A stretch of 64,000 nt of DNA, taken from Mustelus asterias. Taxonomy: Eukaryota. This document shows, piece after piece, positions 37,603-49,812 of the stretch. The first letter of the stretch is position 1; every line of letters begins with the position of its first letter. The notes under the pieces were generated by a model. The model saw only the letters and a list, made by a program, of their open reading frames with translations, searched no databases and was not told the DNA's origin. Location of the stretch: NCBI RefSeq assembly GCF_964213995.1, contig NW_027590155.1, positions 558,001 to 622,000 of the forward strand. Direction: 5' to 3'. A program made the position numbers and the translations under genes.

Positions 37603-37690
37603 GGATCTTGTTACGGGATCAAACTCTGTGCAACATATGAAAAGGCTAAGCTCATCTTTGGCAACGGGACCAGGCTGATTGTGGAACCCA
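37603..37690 (+). CDS. TRDJ: J segment 1, apparently functional (coding 37631-37690, TYEKAKLIFGNGTRLIVEP)
   Basis: GGATCTTGT-12-CTCTGTG, FGxG motif, phase-1 GTAAGT donor. Confidence 0.92.
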
Positions 37691-39554
37691 GTAAGTAACT
37701 AATCCTGGATAATGTTCTCTCTTCATGTTATTTTGCCCCCTGTGACTTAATTGAGACATACAATTATTTTAATGATCATTGTTGTTTTATGGATGAGCAG
37801 GGATCTTTGGGAATTTGAAGCGTAGCTTGACTGGGCATTGAGATTTTCCGAAGTATTTTCTTTAAACATTTAACTGGCCTCTATCATGACAACACAAGTG
37901 TGCTGCCAACAGGGAGATATGTCAATGATCTGGCTGTGTGTAGTACAAGTAAGTGGCACCTCGATAGATATCTGGAAGATACTCACCACGATAGAGTCAT
38001 AGGGTCATAGAAGGAGACAGCACTGGAAAAAGCCCTTCAGCATAATGATACAGATTTCTGCTGAATGGTGTCGGGTGAAAGGCCGATAAAGAGCCAAGGC
38101 ATTGCTTGAAATGAAGGAGAAGCCATTGCACCAATCAATTAAGCTATTAGGCACCGAGTATCGAGTTCAGCTCACTGTTTATTAAGCCGTGTCATCAACA
38201 CCAGTTGAAACATTAGGCATCAGTGATGTGACATCGAACTGAAATTGGGTTACAAATAGGATAGAAAATGCCCATTTAGCAGGTTGAGTCAAATGCCCAC
38301 TGATTTGAATAATTATCTACATATATTTCATTTTCAAGCTTGTCTTTGTTAAAACTAATAATCTTGCTAAAACTATACAAGGTACGATTTAGACCACATC
38401 TGGAATACTGTTCCCTAACATTAGGAAATCTATACTGGCATTGGAGGCAGTTCAGGGAAGGCCACTACTTTGATCCCAGGTATGGATATGTTTTTTCGGA
38501 GAGTTTGAGTATGTTGGGCCTGTACTTAGTGGAGTTTAGAAGCATGCGATGTGACCTTATTGAGACTTATTGGATTCTCAGGGGACATGACAAGGTTAGA
38601 TGCTGAGACGTTATTACCTCTTGTAGGACCAGAGGTCATAATCCCAAAGTATGGGGTTGCCCATTTATATAATGAAGATTTTCTTCTTTCAAGCCAGCAG
38701 TGAATCTGTGGAATCATTTGCCGCAGAGCGCTGTACAGGTTGAATGTTCAGATTTTTAACCCACAGGGCAATCGAGGGTTACGAGGATACAACAGGAAAG
38801 AGGTATTCAGAATTATCACATCAGATAATTCATGATCTCATTGAATGACCGATGGGCCAAATGGCATCCGTCTGCCCCGTCGTCCTATGGTCTCCGGTAT
38901 TTGTTAAACCGCTGACACGAATGCACGCTTGAAATGAGGCCTCAAAGTGAAGTGTTGGTCAACGATTATCAACAACAAGTTAATGTTTTGAACGAGGTGT
39001 TATAGTTCAAATTAAAGGGTCACTCCTTTAAAGACAGATATGAGGAGACTTATTTCTCTCTTAAAGAGTAGTGAGTCTCGTCATCTCTCTTCTTCAAACA
39101 TCAGGGGGAACAGGGCCTTTGATTATTTTAAAGACAGCTCGATAGATTCTTGATTAACAAGGGATAAACGGTTATCGGGGGTAGGCAGGAATCTGGGGGT
39201 GAGGTTACAATCAGATCAGTCATGATCTTACTGAATAGCGGTTAGGCTGGAGTGGCCCAGTGCCTTACTCCGGCTCCCACTTTGCATGTTCGTATGTGTT
39301 GATGTCAAACTATTTTCCTAGGATTTGTGTCTCCTGGGTGTTCAGGGAGAAGTACCGGTGAAGATGGAAATTGTGAAACACAGTCAATTCATTATCCAAA
39401 TATTGTTCCCTGATATAGTCAAAAAAACAGTGGGAGCTAAGTGTGAGGGAGAGGGAGGGAACGGTTATATTTGGTTCAGGAGAGAAGCTAATTAAAAGAA
39501 GTGACATGATACAAACTGAATGTGAGCTAGCCCTGTGTTCATATGGCTGGGTCT

Positions 39555-39630
39555 ATATTTTGTAGTAGCTGTTACTACTGAACTGAGAAGCTTGCCTTTG
39601 GCAAAGGGACCAAACTCACTGTGGAGCCCA
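39555..39630 (+). pseudogene. TRDJ: J segment 2, intact coding (EKLAFGKGTKLTVEP) but defective heptamer
   Basis: ATATTTTGT-12-TACTGAA (the essential GTG is missing); FGKGT motif; GTAAGT donor at 39631. Confidence 0.8.
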
Positions 39631-40261
39631 GTAAGTCCTCAACTATCTTCCACCATGATCTATTTACAGTAGGATGACAATCAATATTTACAGTTCCAAA
39701 CATATCACCAAGTCGTGTTTTTAAAAAAAATCAGTACAGGCTTAAAGGGAGGAGATGCAATATAATGGCCATTCATAACTTGGGGAGGTCTTGTGGTGCA
39801 ATGGGCTAGAATCCCTACCTCTGAGCTAGAAACGCCGGGTCCGAGTCCCTACCCTTGGACTTGATGAACAAGGAAGGTGAGAAAGCAACGCTGCCAAAGA
39901 TTGGGAGTGAGAGGGAGACTCCTGCTCAGCAACGCTTGATATGTAGTATGGCTCTCTCAAGCTCTAAGCCCTTCACAAAAGTCGAGCGACGTGTTCCAGA
40001 AATAGCTATCACTGAAGGCAGAAGAATTCTGCCTAAATGCACCAGTCGGTGCAGAGAGGTAACTTGGCTTTAAATTTGGCCTTGGATGTGCTTAGCTTTG
40101 TAGAATGTTATCAGATGCATTGTTCATCTCTTGGCGATAGATAATTTTTAAGATTTACCATTCGCACACCATGGCAGTTGTCGAGGCTCCCACTGACATC
40201 AGTGATTATGCCAGTGTTGCTGTGTATACTGGATGGAATCTGAATGAGCTGATGCACTGGT

Positions 40262-40355
40262 AGCTTTCTGCTGGCCACTATTCACGGTGCTCATTACTAT
40301 GACGGTACTTATAAACTCATCTTTGGCTACGGGAAACAACTGAATGTTGTGCCAA
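40262..40355 (+). pseudogene. TRDJ: J segment 3, splice donor mutated (HYYDGTYKLIFGYGKQLNVVP)
   Basis: AGCTTTCTG-12-CACGGTG (40283-40289); open FGxG frame; donor reads CTAAGT instead of GTAAGT. Confidence 0.82.
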
Positions 40356-40978
40356 CTAAGTGCCAGGTGATTTCTCTTTACCCTTCGATGGATATTTCTG
40401 CAGAATCCATGTCTGGCGAATGGTGACAAAGAGGGAAAGTAACGCTTAAAATTAAAAACAAGCTGTTCGATGGATTTATGTATCATTAGATAATTAATTA
40501 GAACGATAGAGATCCAGAGGATATAATCAGTAAATTCGTAGATGATACACAAATTGGTGGTGTGGTAAATAGCGAGGAGGAAAGCCTTACATTACAGGTC
40601 GATATTGAAGGACTGGTCAAATGGGCAGAGCAGTGGAAAATTGAAATTTAACTCTAAAAAGTGTAAGCTGATGTATTTTGGGAGGAACAACAGGGCCAGG
40701 GAATATACAGAAGTTAATTGAAACTGCATGGAAGGAAAGTTAAACTGCTAGCTATGTCTTGTACTTTTTGAAATAGAGTAAAGCAAATAAAGCAAAAGGG
40801 TTAAATGGGGATGGATTTCAGGGAGAGGAATAGTTGCATTTTTGCTTTGGAGATCACCTGGCATTACAATTTGAATCCCAATCTATGGTCAAATCACCAG
40901 GTCAAGCAGGTCAAAAACAACCTCTTGCAATACTGTCAGCACGGGAGTTACGGGTTTGTGTAGCATCTTCCATGATTG

Positions 40979-41575
40979 GCCAGAACATTGAATACAGGAG
41001 TTGGGACGGTTTGTTGAAATTGTACAAGACATTGGTAAGGCCACATTTGGAATACTGTGTACAATTCTGGTCACCCGATTATAGAAAGGATATTATTAAA
41101 CTAGAAAGAGTGCAGAAAAGATTTACTAGGATGCGACCGGGACTTGATCGTTTGAGGCTGGATCGACTGGGACTTTTTTATCTGGAGTGTAGAAGATTGA
41201 GGTGTGATCTTTAGCGGTTTATAAAATAATGAGGGGTATAGATCAGCTCGATAGTCAGTATCTTTCCCCAAAGGTAGGGACGTCTAAAACTAGACGGCAT
41301 AGGTTTATGGTGAGAGGGGCGAGATACAAATGTGTCCAGAGCGGCAATTATTTCACGCAGAGGGTGGTGAATGTCTGGAACAAGCTGCCAGAGGTAGGTA
41401 CAATTTTGTCTTTTAGAAAGCATTTAGACAGTTATATTGGTAAGATGGGTATAGAGGGATATGGGCCAAATGCAGGCAATTGTGATTAGCTTAGGGGTTT
41501 AAAAAAAGGCTTCATAGACAAGTTAGGCCGAAGGGCCTGTTTCCATGCTGTAATCCTCTATGACTCTATGACTCT
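40979..41575 (+). mobile_element. CR1 3' fragment inserted in the J4 RSS
   Basis: LVRPHLEYCVQFW motif, (CTCTATGA)n tail, TSD ATGATTG. Confidence 0.9.
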
Positions 41576-41577
41576 AT

Positions 41578-41644
41578 GATTGTGTCATCCCCACAACTGA
41601 AAGTCCGATCCTTGGTACTTGAACAAAACTCACTGTGGAACCTC
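41578..41644 (+). pseudogene. TRDJ: J segment 4 pseudogene, RSS split by a CR1 insertion
   Basis: Heptamer GATTGTG 41578-41584; IPTTESPILGT*TKLTVEP; no GT donor. Its nonamer and spacer lie at 40953-40973, upstream of the CR1. Confidence 0.8.
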
Positions 41645-41914
41645 GCATGCATCCTCACAACGTGCAATGGTCTCACCCTGCATTTACAGAAAATCTGAAC
41701 CATATTTGCTGAGATTGTAAAGTGGATAGAAATATATGACATATGGAGCTAACAGGCAAGGAGTGGGAATTAAATGTAAATTGGTGGATGGGGGGAACAT
41801 ATTTATTTCAGGATATAACCTGCCCTGGCTTTTGAAGTCAGCAGAATCTGAAATTGAACTCAAAACTCAAACTCAGGATAAATAAAATATAAATAAATCT
41901 TATATTTCTGCTCA

Positions 41915-42011
41915 GGTGTTTGTACTTTTTGCCGCATTATGTACACATGTACTAGCACCAGAACTTTGAATCTTATCTTTGGCAGAGGAAACAAATTCAC
42001 TGCGCAACCCA
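41915..42011 (+). pseudogene. TRDJ: J segment 5 pseudogene (YTCTSTRTLNLIFGRGNKFTAQP)
   Basis: GGTGTTTGT-11-CATTATG; FGRG motif; donor reads ATAAGT. Confidence 0.8.
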
Positions 42012-42517
42012 ATAAGTCGTTTTAAATTTTCAGTTTGGACCTGGTTAGAGTGTGAGTAACTGAAGTTACCTCGTTTTTTTATTGCGTAGGAAATGGGCAT
42101 TGCTGGCTAGGCCAGCACTTACATAGCCTGTCCCTCAATGTGGAAGGCAGTGGTGAGCTGCCTGCTTGAACCTGCTGCACTGGTCCATGTGTTGTGTGTA
42201 TTATTCCATTCCTGCCGACAAAACATTTCCATTCTGTGCAGAGATTGTGGGGAGTGTGGTGGCCAATGGCTACTTGAAGTTAGCAAGTGCATTAAGTTTC
42301 TGACCATTCTTTCCCTCAAAGTTCCTTTTTACACGATGCAAGTAAATAATTTATTGACCTATTACGTTCAAATGGGTGGGAAGTGAGGGGGGAGACATTT
42401 ATATTTTTACCTGGATATAACCTGCCCTGGCTATTGAAGTCAGCAAAATCTGAAATTGAATTCAAACTCAAACTTAGGAGAAATATAATATAAATACATC
42501 ATTCTTCTGCTCATGTG

Positions 42518-42615
42518 GTTGGGTTTAGTTTTTTGTCCCATTGTGTACAGATCTGCTGGCACCAGAACTTTGTAACTTGTCTTTGGCAGAGGCAACAGAT
42601 TCACTTTACGACCCA
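42518..42615 (+). pseudogene. TRDJ: J segment 6 pseudogene, duplicate of J5
   Basis: CATTGTG at 42539-42545; YRSAGTRTL*LVFGRGNRFTLRP with an in-frame stop; donor reads ATAAGA. Confidence 0.8.
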
Positions 42616-42788
42616 ATAAGACATTTGAAAACGTCAGTTTGGATCTGGTTGGAACATAAGTAATTGACCTTTCCTTAAAGGTTCTCAAGGGCTCACCCTC
42701 ATGTGAACTTTGTATATTCCCCTGCCTCCGAATTAATGAGTATGCTTCATCATTACTAAACGACATCTGCAACTTCACTCCAATGGAA

Positions 42789-42866
42789 GGTCTATGTCTG
42801 TGCCCTTTATACTATACATTATGACTATACTGTGAAGCTGCGGCACCCAGTTGACAGTTGTGCCAA
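42789..42866 (+). pseudogene. TRDJ: J segment 7 pseudogene, internally deleted relative of J8
   Basis: GGTCTATGT-12-TACTATA; the 3' end GCGGCACCCAGTTGACAGTTGTGCCAA|GTGAGT nearly matches J8, but the F-G codons are missing. Confidence 0.72.
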
Positions 42867-43014
42867 GTGAGTACGATTGGAAGTTACTCTCATTATGTTT
42901 CATGTCGATTATTTTTTCGCTATATTGTGTCTGACAAATAGCAACCGGGGCAACGATACAAAGTATTACATGAAATACAAGTGAAGGCATTCTGTCCGTA
43001 AAATGTACTTCAGA

Positions 43015-46000
43015 AAGATAGAACATGGAACATTACATCGCAGTACAGGCCCTTCGGCCTTCGATGTTGCGCCGACCAGTGAAACCAATCTAAAGCCCAT
43101 CTAACCTCCACTATTCCAAAATCATCCATATGTTTATCCAATGACCATTTAAATGCCTTTATGTTGGCGAGTCCACTACTGCTGCAGGCAGGGCATTCCA
43201 TGCCCTCACTAATCTCTGAGTGAAGAACCTACCTCTGACATCTGTCCTAAATCTATCACCACTCAATTTAAAGCTATGTGCCCTCGTGCTAGCTATCACC
43301 ATCCGAGGAAAAAGGCTCTCACTATCCACCCTATCGAATCCTCTGATCATTTTGTATGCCTCTATTAAGTCACCTCTTAACCTTCTTCTCTCTAACGAAT
43401 ACAACCTCAAGTCCCTCAGCCTTTCCTCATAAGACCTTCCCACCATACCAGGCAACATCCTGGTAAATCTCCTCTGCACCCTTTCCAATGCTTCCACATC
43501 CCTCCTACAATGCGGCGACCAGAACTGTACGCAGTACTCCAAGTGCGGACGCACCAGAGTTTTGTACAGCTGCAACATGACCTCCTGGCTACGAAACTCA
43601 ATCCCTCTACCAATAAAAGCGAACACTCTGTACACCTCCTTAACAACCCTATCAACCTGGGTGCCAACTTTCAGGGATCTATGCACAAGCACACCGAGAT
43701 TTCTCTGCTCATCCACACTACCAAGTATTTACCATTAGCCCAGTACTCTGTAATCCTGTTACTCCTTCCAAAGTGAATCACCTCACACTTTTCCGCATTG
43801 AACTCCATTTGCCACCTCTCAGCCCAGCACTGCAGCTTATCTATGTCCCTCTGTAACCTGCAACAACCTTCTGCACTGTCCACAACTCCACTGACTTTAG
43901 TGTCATCCGCAAATTTACTAACCCATCCTTCTACGCCCTCATCCAGGTCATTTATAAAAATGACAAACAGCAGTGGCCCCAAAACAGATCCTTGCGGTAC
44001 ACCACTAGTAACTGAACTCCAGGATAAACATTTCCCATCAACGACCACCCTCTGTCTTCTTACAACTAGCCAATTCCTGATCCAAACTGCTAAATCACCC
44101 TCAATCCCATGCCTCCGTATCTTCTGCAATAGCTTACCGTGGGGAACCTTATCAAACGCTTTACTTAAATCCATATACACCACATCAATTGCTTTACCCT
44201 CATCCACCTCTTTGGTCACCTTCTCAAAGAACTCAGTAAGGTTTGTGAGGCACGACCTACCCTTCATAAAACCGTGTTGACTATCCCTAATCAAATTATT
44301 CCTTTCTAGATTATTATAAATCCTATCTCTTATAATCCTTTCCAAAACTTTGCCCACAACAGAAGTAAGGCTCACTGGTCTATAATTACCAGGGTTGCCT
44401 CTACTCCCCTTCTTGATGTGGTGTATATGGATTTCAGCAAAGCGTTTGATAAGGTTCCCCGTAGTAAGCTTTTGCAGAAAATACGGACACATGGGATTGA
44501 GGGTGATTGAGTGGTTTGGATCAGGAATTGGCTAGCTGTAAGAAAACAGAGGGTGGTGGTTGATGGGAAATATTCATCCTGGAGTTCAGTTACTAGTGTA
44601 CCGCAAGGATCTGTTTTGGGGCCACTGCTGTTTGTCATTTTTATTAATGACTTGGAAGAGGGCGTGGAAGGATGGATTAGTAAATTTGCGGATGACACTA
44701 AAGTCGGTGGAGTTGTAGACAGTGCGGAGGGAAGTGGCAGGTTACAGAGGGACATAGATAAGCTGCAGAGCTGGGCTGAGAGGTGGCAAATGGAGTTTAA
44801 TGCGGAAAAGTGTGAGGTGATTCACTTTGGAAGGAGTAACAGGAATACAGAGTACTGGGCTAATGGTAAGATACTTGGTAGTGTGGATGAACAGAGGGAT
44901 CTGGGTGTCCATGTGCATAGATCCCTGAATGTTGGCACCCACGTTGATAGGGTTGTTAAGAAGGCGTACGGTGTGTTAGCTTTTATTGGTAGAGGGATTG
45001 AGTTTCGGAGCCAGGAGCTCATGTTGCAACTGTACAAAACTCTGGTGCGGCCGCATTTGGAGTATTGCGTACAGTTCTGGTCGCCATATTTTTTTTTTTT
45101 TAGAAACCCTACAGTGCAGAAGGAGGCCATTCGGCCCATCGAGTCTGCACCGACCACAATCCCACCCAGGCCCGACCCCCACATATTTTACCCGCTAATC
45201 CCAGGACTCTAAGGGGCAATTTTTTTTAACCTGGCCAATCAACCTAACCCGCACATCTTTGGACTGTGGGAGGAAACCGGAGCACCCGGAGGAAACCCAC
45301 GCAGACACGAGGAGAATGTGCAAACTCCACACAGACAGTGACCTGAGCCGGGAATCGAACCCAGGACCCTGGAGCTGTGCAGCAGCAGTGCTAACCACTG
45401 TGCTACCGTACCGCCCGTATTATAGGAAAGATGTGGAAGTGTTGGAAAGGGTGCAGAGGAGATTTACCAGGATGTTGCCTGGTATGGTGGGAAAATCGTA
45501 TGAGGAAAGGCTGAGGGGCTTGAGGTTGTTTTCGTTCGAGGGAAGAAGGTTAAGAGGTGACTTAATAGAGGCATACAAGATGATCAGAGGATTAAATAGG
45601 GTGGATAGTGAGAGCCTTTTTCCTCGGATGGTGTTGGCTAGCACGAGGGGACATGGCTTTAAATTGAGGGGTGAGAGATATAGGACAGATGTTAGAGGTA
45701 GGTTCTTTACTCAGAGAGTAGTAAGGGCGTGGAATGCCCTGCCTGCAGCAGTGGTGGACTCGTCAACGTTGAGAGCGTTCAAGTGGTTAGTGGATAAACA
45801 TATGGATGATATTGGAATAGTGTAGATTAGAGCGGCTTTAGATTGGTACCACTGGTCGGCGCAACATCGAGGGCCGAAGGGCCTGTACTGCACTGTAATG
45901 CTCTATGTTCTATATTCTTGAACAAGGGGACAACATTTGCTGTCCTCCAGTCTTCTGGCACTATTCCTGTAGTCAATGACGACATAAAGGTCAAAGCCAA

Positions 46001-46295
46001 AGTCTCTGCAATCTCCTCCCTAGCCTCCCAGAGAATCCTGGGATAAATCCCATCCGGCCCAGGGGACTTGTCTATTTTCACACTGCCCAGAATTGCTAAC
46101 GCCTCCTCCTTATTAACCTCAATCCCGTCTAGTCCAATAGCCTGTATCTCAGTATTCTCCTCGACAACATTGTCTTTTTGCTGCGTGAATACTGACGAAA
46201 AATATTCATTTAGCGCCTCTCCTATCTCTTCAGGCTCCACGCACAACTTCCCATTACTGTCCTTGACTGGCCCTAATCTTACCCTTGTCATTCCC
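43015..46295. mobile_element. Nested cluster: minus CR1 containing a plus CR1 (44417-45914) containing a minus HE1 SINE (about 45100-45416)
   Basis: RT ORFs on both strands; TSD TTCTTGA at 44410-44416 and 45915-45921; the SINE interrupts the FWSP-Y-YRKD codons. Confidence 0.9.
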
Positions 46296-46659
46296 TAGTC
46301 GTTACCCTCGATAGATGGATAGCGAGCTCAGATCTCAATGCTTAGTTAGACATGCCGCAGGTGGCAGACCAATCTCTGGGCCTCAGCAATGTGACAGACA
46401 TGGATGTGCGACTCACTGGGTGACCTTGCATCCTGGTGAAGTTATGTAACTGGAGGGAAGCGATGTCCTGCTCGTATTACCGCAAAATTATTAACTCCGA
46501 AACTCAGCGAATATGTGAGGGACCTGGGTTCGAATCCCATCACGGCAGATAGTGGAATTTGAATTCAATAATCTGGAATTAAGAATCTACTGGTGACCAG
46601 GAAAACCATTGTCGATTGTCGGAAAAACCCATCTGGTTCATAAATTTCCTCTCGGGAAG

Positions 46660-47800
46660 GAAACATAGGAACATTGAAAATGGGAGCAGGAAGGGACGTT
46701 TGGCCTTTCAAGCATGATCTGCCATTTATTATGATCATGGTTGATCAGCCACTCAATAGCCTAAGCCTGCTTTCTCCCCATAACCTTTGATCCCATTCGC
46801 TCCAAGTGCTATATCCAGCCGCTTCTTGAATACATTCAATCTTTTGGCAACAACTACTTCCTGTGGTAATAAATTTCACAGGCTCACCACTCTTTGGGTT
46901 AAGAAATGTCTCCTCACCTCCGTCCTAAATGGTCTACCCGGAATCCTCAGATCCCTGGTTCTGGACTCCCGCACCATCGGGAATATCCTCTCTTCATCTA
47001 CTATGCCTTGTCCTGTTCGAATTTTATAAGTCTCTATGAGATCCATTGTCATCCCTTTAAGTAAGTCTCCCTAATCTATGAAGGCCAAATCACGCCTCAT
47101 ATCTTCATAGTCTCCTTGATTAAGATTCAGCACAGTAGTCTCCGAGTCAACTACTTCACTCTCCACCTTGATAAAAAATTCTCTCATGTTATGTTCACTC
47201 ATCCCCAAGGGGTCTTGCACAGCTAGATTGGCAATTATTACCTTCTCACGACACAGTACCCAGTCTAAGGTGACCTGCTCCCTCGTTGGTTCCTTCACAT
47301 ATTGGTCAAGGAAACTATCCCGTATCCGGTCCAGGAAATCCTTCTCTACAGCATTGTGGCTAATTTGATTTACTCAATCAACGTGCGGATTAAAATCACC
47401 CTTGATCACATGTATCTCTAATTTCGTGTTCAATGCCATTTCCAACATCACCACTGCAGTTTCGCGGTCTGTATATGACACCCACTGATGTTTTCTGCCC
47501 CTTGGTATCTCTCAACTCTACCCATATAGACTCCACATTATCAGAGCTAATATAGTTTCTCACCAGTTAATTTCCTCTTTAACCAGCAGTGCCGCTCCAC
47601 CACTTTTTCCTTTATGCCTGTCCATCCTAAATACTGAATACCCTGGAACAGTCAGTTCCCATTCTTGGGAACCCTGCAGCCATGTCTCCGTAATTCCAAT
47701 TATAGCATGCCCATTTATATCTATCTGCAAGATTAGTTCATCCACTCTATTGCAAATGCTCTGCGCATTAAGGCACAGAGCCTTTCAGCTTATCTTTTTA
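46660..47800 (-). mobile_element. Degraded CR1 fragments (APE and 3' end)
   Basis: IIGITETWL and EPTREQVTLDWVLC motifs. Confidence 0.75.
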
Positions 47801-48886
47801 ACATTAATTGTCTCGTTTTTGAATTTTGGCCTTGGTTTCTCTGTATATCATTTTTCGTATTCCCTTTTCCACCTCTTGATTTTATCCTTGTTCCCTCCTT
47901 CTCTGACTCCTTACATAATTTCCCAACCACCTGGCATATTAGTTTCATTGGGTGACCTTGCAGTATTGTGAGGTGGTGAAACTGGGGGTAGACGATAGCC
48001 TAGTGGCGTTATCGCTAGATTATTAATCCAGGAAATCAACTAGTGTTCTGGGGACCCTGTATTCAAATCCCGCCACGGCAGATGGTGGAATTTGAATTCA
48101 ATAATCTGGAATTAAGAATCTACTGTTGACGATGAAAACCGCTATTGGAAAAACCCATCTCGTTGAGTAATGTCCTTTAGAGAAAGAAATCTGCCATTCT
48201 TATTAGATCTGGCCAACATGTGCAATTTGGTTGACACTCAAGGGCAATTGGGAATGGATAATAAACTCTGGCCAGCCAACGGTGCCCATGTCCCACGAAT
48301 GGATAAAATATATCTCTCTTTTGGAAAATGAGCTCGAGTAACTGTTGATTCAAGTAAACATAAACGCATCTTTCAGACTCAACATGTCTGTTTACCTCTT
48401 CGAAATATAACAGGATTATGACAATGCGAACAGATAATGGTGGGAAAAATCACAGCAGGTCAGGCAGCATCTGTAAGGAGAGAAAGCTTAGCTGACAAAT
48501 TAAATCTGTTGAATTGTATTTCTTTTCTGCCAGGTGTTGAGGCGTCACTGGCAGGGCCATGTTGCAAATTTCTGTTAAGCCATTTCAGAGATTGGCAGAG
48601 CAGGTGCAAAGGGCTGAATAGCCTTCCCTTGTTCCTATGTTAACTCGCAAAGTTTCAGAGTCAAAATATATTTGTTGTTATATTTGACCAGTGGCTACCT
48701 TGGCTCAGAAATTCTTCACTTTGATAGAATCTGAGAGCATCCAAGGAGGCTCTTCGGCCCATTTAGCCTGTGATGGTGGGGAAGGGGCAGATATGCAATG
48801 TCTGTTACCTGCAGCGAATCAGTGACTGTTCCAGCTTTTTCTTTGCCGTGAATTGTCTGAAATCTGAAACAGCTATCTCAATAGAA

Positions 48887-48964
48887 GGTTTCTGTCTGAG
48901 CAATTGTTACTGTGCTACGCAAAGCTAACGTTCGGCAGCGGCACCCAGGTGACAGTTGTACCAA
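48887..48964 (+). CDS. TRDJ: J segment 8, apparently functional (coding 48915-48964, YAKLTFGSGTQVTVVP)
   Basis: GGTTTCTGT-12-TACTGTG, FGSG motif, phase-1 GTGAGT donor. Confidence 0.92.
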
Positions 48965-49724
48965 GTGAGTGTGAAGTCAGTGTGTTTCTATTCTTTCACT
49001 CCACATCTCCTCTGTGATCTAGTTTTCTGTTGTTAGTAGGCTAGTCAAGTTGGACAGAGTGCCAATATAATATGTGGCATGCAGGCGAAGAGATTGCACA
49101 GTTTTGAGTCAGTTTTGATCCAGCTCAGCTTACCCAGTCATTAGAGGTACATGGGACAGGAGTTGGGACTGCACGCCTCAGTAATATGGTATTGAACTGA
49201 GAAGCAGATTTGTGTACTGTTAGTGGGATAGGAAGATTCCATCCAGAGATTTGATCGAAAAGAAAGAGGGGAGACGAATAAGTACCATTGTTCTGTTTAA
49301 ACCTTTGTAATTGTGAATGACACAGGCTTTTCATTTTCTTGTTGAAAAATAAATTCTCCTCATATCAGTCCCATATTCTTTGACTATGAACCCCGGTTCT
49401 GGACCCTGCTGCCATCCTGCATTTACCGTGTCTAATCCTGCATTATGGGCTTTAATGAGATCTTCTGCTCCTGCCTCCCTTCTTCTGAACCCCAGACAAT
49501 AAAATCCTAGCCGACTCAATCTCCCCTCATATGTCAGTCCTGCCACTCCATTATCTGTCCGGTGAACCTTCGGTGCACTCCCTCTTTAGCCAGAACATCC
49601 TTTCTTGGATGTTGTTTTGCATTTTTTTCTGGACGAAATAATGAACCAGCTGTGGAAGCAAATCGAATCTCAAAAACCTTAGCATGAAAAGCAATCCTTA
49701 CATTGCTATTCATGTGGGTTATGT

Positions 49725-49812
49725 CGATTTTGTACCATCTGGAATCACTGTGCAAACTATGCAACCAGAAAGCTTATCTTTGGCAGTGGAACCAAACTCA
49801 CTGTAGAACCCA
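49725..49812 (+). CDS. TRDJ: J segment 9, apparently functional (coding 49753-49812, NYATRKLIFGSGTKLTVEP)
   Basis: CGATTTTGT-12-CACTGTG, FGSG motif, phase-1 GTAAGT donor. Confidence 0.93.
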
